Shown here: in pieces, positions 26,057 through 35,045 of the stretch
Position numbering within the stretch: the stretch's first letter is position 1
Layout of the letters: each line of letters starts with the position of its first letter
DNA from: Candidatus Fermentibacteraceae bacterium
GTDB taxonomy: Bacteria > Fermentibacterota > Fermentibacteria > Fermentibacterales > JCC-6
DNA length: 35,045 nucleotides
Direction of reading: 5' to 3'
Assembly: GCA_041686025.1 (NCBI GenBank)
Contig: JAWLEP010000026.1
Span: 7,476-42,520, forward strand
Made by a program: the position numbers and the translations under genes
The notes under the pieces: generated by a model
What the model was told of the DNA's origin: nothing
Seen by the model: only the letters and a program-made list of their open reading frames with translations
Database searches by the model: none

Positions 26057-29000
26057 TTGGCCCTGGGCGGAGGCCTCACCGACCCGCGCATAGACGCCCT
26101 GGCCGGCCGCCGGGGGGCCGACCCGGTTCCCTTCTGGTCGCTGATGTCCAACAGGGTCCGCCGGGTGCTGCTGGTCTCCAGCCTCTACGACTCCTACGCC
26201 CTGGAGGAGGACGGCAGCTTCACCGAGCTGCTGTTCAGCGAGTACCTGGAGCTGAACCTCCGCTACGCCCCCCACATCGTGAGGGTCTCCACCCCCGCCG
26301 AGGCCCTGCAGCGGCTGGACTCCGAGGGCTTCGACCTGGTTATCTACATGCTGCAGGTCTCCGACCGCTCCCCGGCGGACTTCGCCGCCGAGATCCGGCG
26401 CAGGGGCGGAGAGATGCCCCTGGTGGTGCTGGCCTACAGCACCCGGGAGCTGGAGCTGCTGCGCCGCGCCGGCAGGCTGGAGGGCGTGGACCGGGCCTTC
26501 ACCTGGCAGGGCGACGCCCGGCTGTTCCTGGCCATAGTGAAGTCGGTGGAGGACCGGCTCAACGCCCAGCCCGACCGGGAGACCGCCGGGGTGAAGGCCA
26601 TCGTACTGGTGGAGGACTCCATCCGCTTCTGCTCCTCCTACCTGCCCATGCTCTACACCGAGCTGATGCTGCAGACCCAGACCCTGATGACCGACGGCGT
26701 CAACCAGATGCAGAAGCTGCTGCGCATGCGCGCCCGCCCCAAGATCCTCCTGGCCACCACTTTCGAGGAGGGGATGGAGCTGTTCGAGGAGTTCCGCACA
26801 GACCTGCTGGGCCTGATAGTGGACGCCCGCTTCCCCAGGGGTGGAGAGGTGGAGGCGAAGGCGGGCCTGGAGCTGGCGGAGGTGGTCCGCCGCAGGGCCC
26901 CGGACTGCCCGGTGCTGGTGCAGTCCTCCGAGGAGGAGAACCGCCAGCCGGCCGCCAACATCGGCGCGGCCTTCATCAACAAGGAGTCCCCCACGCTGCT
27001 GGCGGAGGTCCGGGCCTTCATGCAGGACTACCTGGGCTTCGGAGACTTCGTCTTCCGCGGCCCCGACGGCGAGGAGGAGGCCAGGGCCAGCGACCTCACC
27101 GAGATGCTGGCGGCCCTGAAGGGCGTCTCCGACGAGACGCTGGTCTTCCACGCCCGCCGCAACGACTTCTCCAAGTGGCTCATGGCCCGCACCGAGTTCG
27201 AGCTGGCCCGGGCGCTGCGGCCGCAGAGGGTGGAGGACTTCGAGAGCCCGGGGCACATGCGCGCCTACCTGCTGGCCGAGGTCCGCCGCTGGCGGCGCCA
27301 CTACCGGGCCGGAGCGGTGGAGGAGTACTCGCCGGAGACCTTCGGCCACGGCGCGGAGTTCGTCCGCATCGGCCAGGGCTCCCTGGGGGGCAAGGGCCGC
27401 GGCCTGGCCTTCTTCCACGCCCTGATGAACCGCTACCGCATAGCCGACCGCTTCGCCCAGGCCCGGATATTCGTCCCCCAGACCGCGGTCCTGGCCACCG
27501 ACGTTTTCGAGGAGTTCATGAGGGACAGCGACCTCTACGATATGGTCTACACCGAGGAGCGGGAGCTGGGCGAGGACCCGGCCGGCCGCGACCGGAGGAT
27601 AGAGGAGGCCTTCACGGAGGCGGAGCTTCCCGCCCGCACCCGCGAGGCCCTGGCCTCCTTCCTGGACTCGGTGGACTACCCGCTGGCCGTCCGCTCCTCC
27701 AGCCTGCTGGAGGACTCCCCCGCCCAGCCCTTCGCCGGCGTCTACGAGACCCACCTGATCCCCAACGACCACCCCGACGCCGAGGTCCGTCTGGGGCAGC
27801 TGTGCACCGCGGTGAAGCGGGTCTGGGCCTCCACCTACAAGTCCGACTCGGTGAGCTACATCGACTCCACCCCCAACCGCCTGGAGGACGAGCGGATGGC
27901 GGTGGTGATCCAGCAGCTGGTGGGCCAGCGCCACGGAGACTGGCTCTACCCCACCGTCTCCGGCGTGGCCCGCAGCTACGACCTCTACCCGGTGGAGGGG
28001 GCCGACCCGGAGGAGGGGGTGGTCTGCGCCGCCCTGGGCTTCGGCGAGAAGGTGGTCTCGGGAGGCCAGTGCGTCCGCTTCAGCCCCGCGAAGCCCGGCA
28101 GGCTCTACGGCCTCTCATCACCGAAGGACTACCTGGACGCCACCCAGAGGGACTTCCTGGCGCTGCGCATGGCCGAGGAGCGCAGCGAGGCCGCCCGCCT
28201 GCAGAAGCTGCCCCTCTCCGAGGCGCAGGAGCACGGCACGCTGGACGCGGTGGGCTCCACCTACGCAGCCGCTGACGACCGCCTCTACCCCGGGACGTTT
28301 CGGGAGGGCGCCCACCTGGTGACCATGTCCGGCGTCCTGCAGGGTGACCGATTCCCCCTGGCCGGTCTGCTGGAGTTCCTGCTGGAGGTGGGGAAGGCCG
28401 GCTTCTCCTGCGACATCGAGGTCGAGTTCGCCGTGAACCTCTTCGCCGACCGCGGCCACCTGGCCGGGGAGCTGGGCTTCCTGCAGATCAGGCCCATGGG
28501 CTTTCGCAAGGACCCGGGCAAAGACCTCTCCGACGTCCGCCCCGGAGACACCATCGTCCTCTCCGAGCAGGTCCTGGGCCAGGGCAGCATAGAGGGGGTC
28601 ACCGACATCATCTACGTCCCCTCGCAGGGCTTCGACCGCGCATCCAGCACCAAGGCCGCCGCCGACGTGGGCCGGCTAAACGCCCGCCTGCGCCGGGAGG
28701 GAAGGAAGAGCCTGCTCATCGGCCCCGGCCGCTGGGGAAGCGCCGACCCCTGGCTGGGCATCCCCGTCCACTGGTCGCAGATATCCACCGCCGCCTGCAT
28801 CGTGGAGACCCACCTGCCGGGCCTGGAGGTGGAGCCCTCCCAGGGCACCCACTTCTTCCAGAACGTCACCTCGCTGGGCATAGGCTACTTCACCATGACC
28901 ACGGGCGACGGCCACCTGGACCTGGAGTGGCTGCAGGCCCAGCAGCCCCTGCAGACCGAGGGCCACGCCCGGCTGATCCGCACCGACGCCCCCCTGCAGA

Positions 29001-29068
29001 TCCACATCGACCGCCGCAGCGGCCGCGGCGCCATCCAGCCGCCCCGAACAGGGTCAGACGTCAACTAG
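26057..29068 (+). CDS. Receiver-domain-containing PEP-synthase-like ATP-grasp protein (paralog 2)
   Basis: Two CheY-like regions (LVED..LIVDARFP..VQSS..FINKES); LGGKGRGL, VRSSSLLEDS..FAGVY, VVIQQLVG, IEVEFAV, FLQIRPM, GPGRWGS, SQGTHFFQN; TTG start directly after upstream stop. Confidence 0.85.
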   Translation: MALGGGLTDPRIDALAGRRGADPVPFWSLMSNRVRRVLLVSSLYDSYALEEDGSFTELLFSEYLELNLRYAPHIVRVSTPAEALQRLDSEGFDLVIYMLQVSDRSPADFAAEIRRRGGEMPLVVLAYSTRELELLRRAGRLEGVDRAFTWQGDARLFLAIVKSVEDRLNAQPDRETAGVKAIVLVEDSIRFCSSYLPMLYTELMLQTQTLMTDGVNQMQKLLRMRARPKILLATTFEEGMELFEEFRTDLLGLIVDARFPRGGEVEAKAGLELAEVVRRRAPDCPVLVQSSEEENRQPAANIGAAFINKESPTLLAEVRAFMQDYLGFGDFVFRGPDGEEEARASDLTEMLAALKGVSDETLVFHARRNDFSKWLMARTEFELARALRPQRVEDFESPGHMRAYLLAEVRRWRRHYRAGAVEEYSPETFGHGAEFVRIGQGSLGGKGRGLAFFHALMNRYRIADRFAQARIFVPQTAVLATDVFEEFMRDSDLYDMVYTEERELGEDPAGRDRRIEEAFTEAELPARTREALASFLDSVDYPLAVRSSSLLEDSPAQPFAGVYETHLIPNDHPDAEVRLGQLCTAVKRVWASTYKSDSVSYIDSTPNRLEDERMAVVIQQLVGQRHGDWLYPTVSGVARSYDLYPVEGADPEEGVVCAALGFGEKVVSGGQCVRFSPAKPGRLYGLSSPKDYLDATQRDFLALRMAEERSEAARLQKLPLSEAQEHGTLDAVGSTYAAADDRLYPGTFREGAHLVTMSGVLQGDRFPLAGLLEFLLEVGKAGFSCDIEVEFAVNLFADRGHLAGELGFLQIRPMGFRKDPGKDLSDVRPGDTIVLSEQVLGQGSIEGVTDIIYVPSQGFDRASSTKAAADVGRLNARLRREGRKSLLIGPGRWGSADPWLGIPVHWSQISTAACIVETHLPGLEVEPSQGTHFFQNVTSLGIGYFTMTTGDGHLDLEWLQAQQPLQTEGHARLIRTDAPLQIHIDRRSGRGAIQPPRTGSDVN

Positions 29069-29137
29069 TCAACTATTTTGCCCCAGCCGGATAGGCCCAG
29101 CCCACGAAAATAGTTGACTAGTTGACGTCTGACCCTG
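29049..29137. repeat. 89-bp element with perfect 31-bp inverted repeats (MITE/REP-like)
   Basis: CAGGGTCAGACGTCAACTAGTCAACTATTTT (29049-29079) and its exact reverse complement (29107-29137), 27-bp spacer. Confidence 0.9.
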
Positions 29138-29140
29138 ATC

Positions 29141-29177
29141 GAAAGAAGGGGCGGCGGAAGACCCGCCGCCCCTCTTC
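29141..29177 (-). terminator. Intrinsic terminator of gdhA, possibly bidirectional
   Basis: Minus strand reads GGGGCGGCGG-GTCTT-CCGCCGCCCC-TTCTTTC. Confidence 0.75.
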
Positions 29178-29200
29178 GCTGCATGGCATGTGGCTGTGGG

Positions 29201-30656
<1,456 letters not shown>

Positions 30657-30687
30657 GACTTGTCGGATCGGCGGAGTAGGAAAATGC

Positions 30688-30716
30688 TTGACCTTCTCCG
30701 CGGCCTCCTGTATGGT
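30688..30716 (+). promoter_or_regulatory. Candidate sigma70 promoter for paralog 3 and nfnAB
   Basis: TTGACC (30688-30693) N17 TATGGT (30711-30716), A-tract just upstream. Confidence 0.6.
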
Positions 30717-30803
30717 GGCAACTCAAGACCGACAAAACCCCTGGCACAACCCAACTACGAGGAGAGGCACCCGGGCTTTGACCACCCTCCCCGCGGCCGT
30801 TCG

Positions 30804-33788
30804 ATGAGACCCGACAGCGCCGCCTCGGCCCCCCTGAGGCTGGAGGGAGAGCACACCCGCCGTCTGAAGTCCCTGATGCCCTTCCGGGTGGGCAGCGTAC
30901 TGCTCTTCTCCAGCGTCTACGACTACTTCGTCCTGGAGGCCGACGGCCGTCTCAACGACCTCCTGGGCGCCGCCTACAGCCGCCGCAACTACGGCTACAT
31001 CCCCGAGCTGGACCACGCCGGCGGGCTGGAGGAGGCGAAGGCCCTCTTCGAGGAGCGGGGCCACGACCTGGTGATATGCATGCCCGGCCCCCGCGACGAA
31101 GACGCCCTGGAGCTGGCCACGGCCGTCAAAGAGGCCTCCCCGCAGACGCCGGTGGTGGCCCTGGTCCACGACCTGCCCGGCAGGCATTCCACACCCTGGT
31201 CGGGGCCGGACTCTCCCTTCGACCGGGTCTTCGTCTGGCTGGGCGACGGCGAGACCCTGCTGGGCATAATCCAGCTGGCCGAGGACGCCCGCAACGCCGC
31301 CCACGACACCGAGAAGCTGGGGCTGCACGACCTGCTGCTGGTGGAGGGGGACGCCTTCTTCTACTCCCGCTACCTCCACCGGGGCATGGAGGTGATCCGC
31401 GAGCAGATGGGGGCCATCCTCCAGCGGGAGGAGTCCCTGGCCCGCCGCCGGCTGAAGGCCCGGCTGCGGCCCAAGGTGCTCATGGCCTGCAGCGCAGAGG
31501 AGGCCGGGGAGATACTGCAGGCCCACGGCAGCCACCTGCTGGGCCTGATCACCTCGCTGGGCTTTCCCCGGGGCGGCCGCAACGATCCCAACGCCGGAGC
31601 CGACATCGTACGCCTGGCCCGACAGATGAGCCCGGGCCTCCCGGTGCTGGTTCAGTCCGCCCGGCCCGACGCGGCCAAGATCGCCGAGGAGCTGGACGCC
31701 GGCTTCATCTCCAAGCACTCCAACACGCTGATGGCCGACCTGGCAGGACAGCTGCGGGAGCGGTTCGGCTTCGGAGGCTTCCGGTTCGCCCGACAGGACG
31801 GCAGCACCGTACGCACGGTGGAGAACGTCCCCGCCGCCATGCTGGCCGCCGAGAAGCTCCCGGCGGACGTGGTGGCCCGGGCCCTGCGCAGCCGCAGCCT
31901 CACCAGGTGGCTGCGGGTGCACACCGAGCTGGAGCTGGCCGCCCGGCTGGAGGGGGTCGTCGAGGAGCACGGGGAGGAGGACGACACCTCCCTCCGGCGC
32001 CGGGCCTTCGCGGAGATGCAGGTCTGGCGCGAGGAGTCCCACCGCGGCATGGTGGTCCCCTACTCCCGCAGCTTCTACGAGTCCTGGGCCCGCTTCAGCC
32101 GCATAGGCTCGGGCTCGGCGGGGGGCAAGGGCAGGGGGCTGGCCTTCATCGACCGGGTGCTGGCCAACAACCTCGACCCCGGCCGCTGGCGCCGGGTGAG
32201 CGTGACCATCCCCCGCACCCTGGTTCTCACCACCGACGTCTTCGACGAGTTCGTCCGCAGAAACGACCTCCTGGACTACGCCCTCGGCGACAGGATGGAC
32301 CTGCAGATAATCGGCCGCTTCCTCCGCGCCGACCTCCCGCCCACCATGCTGGGCGACCTCCGCGACTTCCTCCGCGAGGTGCGCACCCCCCTGGCCGTCC
32401 GCTCCTCCAGCCTGCTGGAGGACGCCCTCTACGAGCCCTTCGCCGGGGTCTACTCCACCAAGATGCTGCCCAACGACGACCCCAGCTTCGACACCCGCTT
32501 CAACCACCTGGACAACGCCATAAAGCTGGTGATGGCCTCCACCTTCCTCCGCGACGCCCGCTCCTACATCGAGGCCACCAGCCACCGGGTGGAGGAGGAG
32601 AAGATGGCGGTGCTGATACAGGAGGTGGTGGGCGGCCGCCACGGAGACCTCTTCTATCCCCACTTCTCCGGTGTGGGCCGGTCCTACAACTTCTACCCGG
32701 TGGGCTCGGCGGGCCCCGAGGACGGCGTGGTGAACGTGGCGCTGGGCCTGGGCAAGACCATCGTGGACGGGGGGATGTCCCTGCGCTTCACCCCCCGCTA
32801 CCCCCGGGTCCTTCCCCAGCTGGGCACCGTGGAGGACGCCCTGGACAACACCCAGCGCAGCTTCTGGGCCGTGGGCCTGAAGGGCAGCTCCTACGGCCCG
32901 CCGGAGCAGGAGGACCAGTTCATGGCCTCCGCCGACCTGCAGCGCGCCGAAAGAGACGGCACCCTCACCTACCTGGCCTCCACCTACGACGCGGGAAACG
33001 ACCGCCTCCGCGACGGCATACAGTCCGCCGGCGCCCGGGCGGTGACCTTCGCCCACATCCTCAAGGCCAAGGTCTTCCCCCTGGCCGACATTGCCCAGAC
33101 CCTGCTGGACATGGGCCAGGAGGCCATGGGCTGCCCGGTGGAGATAGAGTTCGCCGTGGTGCTGGGGGAGGACCGGCCCCTGCCGGCGGACTTCTCGCTT
33201 CTGCAGATCAGGCCCATGGTGGCCCAGCGGGGTGCGGCCGAGGTGGACCTGGAGGAGATGGACCTCCACCGGGCCCTGGTCCGCAGCGGCCAGGTGCTGG
33301 GCAACGGCGTCCGCGACGACATCCGCGACATCGTCTACACCAAACCCGAGGCCTTCGACGCCGCCCACACCCCGAAGATGGCGGCGCAGATCGAGCGGCT
33401 CAACGGCAGGCTTTCCGCCGAGGACCGGCCCTACCTCCTGGCGGGCTTCGGCCGCTGGGGGTCCTCCGACCACTGGCTGGGGGTCCCCGTCCGCTGGGGC
33501 CAGATAAGCGGGGTAGGGGCCATCGTGGAGGCCACCAGGCAGGGCATGAACGTCGATGCCTCCCAGGGCAGCCACTTCTTCCAGAACATGACCTCCCTGG
33601 GGGTATCCTACTTCACCGTCTCCCATACCGATCCGGCCTCCGACATCGACTGGGAGTGGCTGGATTCCCTACCGGCTGTGGAGGAAACCGATTACCTTCG
33701 GCACGTGCGCCTGGAGTCCCCCCTCACCGTGGCTGTAGACGGAAGGAAGGGGGCCGGGGCCGTACTCAAGCCGAACTCTGCACAATAG
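30804..33788 (+). CDS. Pseudo-receiver-containing PEP-synthase-like ATP-grasp protein (paralog 3)
   Basis: Colinear with paralog 2; AGGKGRGL, VRSSSLLEDA..FAGVY, VLIQEVVG, PVEIEFAV, LLQIRPM, GFGRWGS, SQGSHFFQN; start ATG 30804 is uncertain. Confidence 0.85.
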   Translation: MRPDSAASAPLRLEGEHTRRLKSLMPFRVGSVLLFSSVYDYFVLEADGRLNDLLGAAYSRRNYGYIPELDHAGGLEEAKALFEERGHDLVICMPGPRDEDALELATAVKEASPQTPVVALVHDLPGRHSTPWSGPDSPFDRVFVWLGDGETLLGIIQLAEDARNAAHDTEKLGLHDLLLVEGDAFFYSRYLHRGMEVIREQMGAILQREESLARRRLKARLRPKVLMACSAEEAGEILQAHGSHLLGLITSLGFPRGGRNDPNAGADIVRLARQMSPGLPVLVQSARPDAAKIAEELDAGFISKHSNTLMADLAGQLRERFGFGGFRFARQDGSTVRTVENVPAAMLAAEKLPADVVARALRSRSLTRWLRVHTELELAARLEGVVEEHGEEDDTSLRRRAFAEMQVWREESHRGMVVPYSRSFYESWARFSRIGSGSAGGKGRGLAFIDRVLANNLDPGRWRRVSVTIPRTLVLTTDVFDEFVRRNDLLDYALGDRMDLQIIGRFLRADLPPTMLGDLRDFLREVRTPLAVRSSSLLEDALYEPFAGVYSTKMLPNDDPSFDTRFNHLDNAIKLVMASTFLRDARSYIEATSHRVEEEKMAVLIQEVVGGRHGDLFYPHFSGVGRSYNFYPVGSAGPEDGVVNVALGLGKTIVDGGMSLRFTPRYPRVLPQLGTVEDALDNTQRSFWAVGLKGSSYGPPEQEDQFMASADLQRAERDGTLTYLASTYDAGNDRLRDGIQSAGARAVTFAHILKAKVFPLADIAQTLLDMGQEAMGCPVEIEFAVVLGEDRPLPADFSLLQIRPMVAQRGAAEVDLEEMDLHRALVRSGQVLGNGVRDDIRDIVYTKPEAFDAAHTPKMAAQIERLNGRLSAEDRPYLLAGFGRWGSSDHWLGVPVRWGQISGVGAIVEATRQGMNVDASQGSHFFQNMTSLGVSYFTVSHTDPASDIDWEWLDSLPAVEETDYLRHVRLESPLTVAVDGRKGAGAVLKPNSAQ

Positions 33789-33828
33789 CGCGGGCCATGC
33801 CCGATGTTGCCAGGAGAGGAGCCACCGT

Positions 33829-34683
33829 ATGCACACCATCACAGGCAAGGAGCAGCTGGGGCCCGACATCCACCGCTACGTCGTGGATGCCCCGCGCATA
33901 GCCCGAATGCGCAAGCCCGGGCAGTTCGTGATCATCCGCATATGCGAGGAGGGGGAGCGGATCCCCCTCACCATAGCCGACGCCGACCCCGACGAGGGAA
34001 CCATCACCCTGGTGGTGCAGGCGGTGGGGAAGACCACCCGCCAGATGGCCATGATGGAGGCCGGCGACCACATACGCGACGTAACCGGCCCCCTGGGCAA
34101 GCCCACCCACATCGACCGCTTCGGCACCGTCCTCTGCGTGGGCGGCGGCATAGGCAACGCCCCCCTCTACCCCATAACCAAGGCCCTCCAGGAGGCGGGC
34201 AACCACATCATCTCCATACTGGGCGCGCGCACGAAGGACCTCTTCATACTGGAAAGGGAGATGGCCTCGGTGAGCGACCGGGTGGTGATCACCACCGACG
34301 ACGGCAGCTACGGCATGAAGGGCCTGGTCACCGACGCCATCGAGAAGGTGGTGAAGGAGGACGGCGTGGACGCCGACCTCTGCGTGGCCATAGGCCCGCC
34401 TATAATGATGAAGTTCGTCTGCCTGCTCACCCGTGAGCTGGGCATACCCACCATCGTCAGCCTCAACCCCATAATGGTGGACGGCACCGGGATGTGCGGC
34501 GGCTGCCGGGTCTCGGTGGACGGGAAGATAAAGTTCGCCTGCGTGGACGGCCCGGAGTTCGACGGCCACCAGGTGGACTTCGACGAGCTGATGGCCCGCC
34601 TGCGCACCTACAGCCCCCACGAGCGGAAGGCCATGGAGAGACACGAAGAGGCCTGCAGGGCCCTGGCCGGAGAGGAGGAGTAG
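33829..34683 (+). CDS. nfnA: NfnA/SudB: electron-bifurcating transhydrogenase small subunit (FAD, 2Fe-2S; PyrK-like)
   Basis: KPGQFVIIR, GERIPLTIAD, GPLGKP, GGGIG, TDDGSYG, SLNPIMVDGTGMCGGCRV, FACVDGPEFDGH; RBS GGAGAGGAG. Confidence 0.9.
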   Translation: MHTITGKEQLGPDIHRYVVDAPRIARMRKPGQFVIIRICEEGERIPLTIADADPDEGTITLVVQAVGKTTRQMAMMEAGDHIRDVTGPLGKPTHIDRFGTVLCVGGGIGNAPLYPITKALQEAGNHIISILGARTKDLFILEREMASVSDRVVITTDDGSYGMKGLVTDAIEKVVKEDGVDADLCVAIGPPIMMKFVCLLTRELGIPTIVSLNPIMVDGTGMCGGCRVSVDGKIKFACVDGPEFDGHQVDFDELMARLRTYSPHERKAMERHEEACRALAGEEE

Positions 34684-34686
34684 CCC

Positions 34687-35045
34687 ATGCCCATCAACGC
34701 CAAGGAACGGCTCAGCATACCCCCTCACCCCATGCCCGAGCAGGACCCCGGGGAGCGCACCCGCAACGTCCTGGAGGTCCCCCTGGGCTACGACGCCGAG
34801 ACCGCCCGCGCCGAGGCGAAGCGCTGCCTGCAGTGCAAGACCCCCTTCTGCATGGAGGGCTGCCCGGTGGGGATAGACATACCCGCCTTCCTCCAGGCCA
34901 TAGAGGACGGCGACTTCCGGGAGGGCATCCGCATAATCAAGGAGAAGAACCTCCTTCCCGCCGTCTGCGGCCGGGTCTGCCCCCAGGAGACCCAGTGCCA
35001 GCTGGAGTGCACCGTGGGCAAGGTCCGCAAGGACCCCACCAAGGC
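34687..35045 (+). CDS. nfnB: NfnB/SudA (GltD-like) large subunit, 3'-truncated by window edge
   Basis: Not in ORF track; translates MPINAKERLSIPPHPMPEQDPGERTRNVLEVPLGY..EAKRCLQCKTPFCMEGCPVGIDIP..NLLPAVCGRVCPQETQCQLEC; adjacent to nfnA. Confidence 0.9.
   Translation, partial: MPINAKERLSIPPHPMPEQDPGERTRNVLEVPLGYDAETARAEAKRCLQCKTPFCMEGCPVGIDIPAFLQAIEDGDFREGIRIIKEKNLLPAVCGRVCPQETQCQLECTVGKVRKDPTK

Noticed and set aside
29049..29137. CRISPR repeat-spacer unit
   Set aside because: The two copies are inverted rather than direct, there are only two, and no cas genes are present
34687..35045. Glutamate synthase small subunit (gltD)
   Set aside because: Directly follows an nfnA/sudB homolog and no gltB is visible; NfnB is the better call

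Overview
High-GC bacterial chromosomal window with no phage, transposase, CRISPR, rRNA or tRNA detected. Gene content (peptidases, two glutamate dehydrogenases, NfnAB, proteins with T9SS/FlgD-type C-terminal tails) suggests an anaerobic peptide fermenter of the FCB group, possibly Ca. Fermentibacterota (inference only). From left to right: Lon-like protease 3' end, polysaccharide pyruvyl transferase, nfo, family-II glutamate dehydrogenase, amidohydrolase (minus), PepC; then a translationally coupled secreted-protein operon (LURP-one-like protein, membrane protein, two CotH kinases, two beta-helix proteins, sulfatase-like lipoprotein); a minus-strand operon (degenerate GGDEF-STAND ATPase-TPR protein, macro-like protein, M1 peptidase with probable beta-barrel); and a 3' cluster of three PEP-synthase-like ATP-grasp paralogs lacking a pyruvate-binding barrel, surrounding a family-I gdhA and followed by nfnAB. 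The best candidate for an undescribed system is this last cluster, a possible dikinase-chemistry His/Asp phosphorelay linked to glutamate dehydrogenase and Nfn. A perfect 31-bp inverted-repeat element, a CotH kinase/pseudokinase pair and shared leader motifs are also noted. All domain calls are from motif recognition by eye; no database searches were run.
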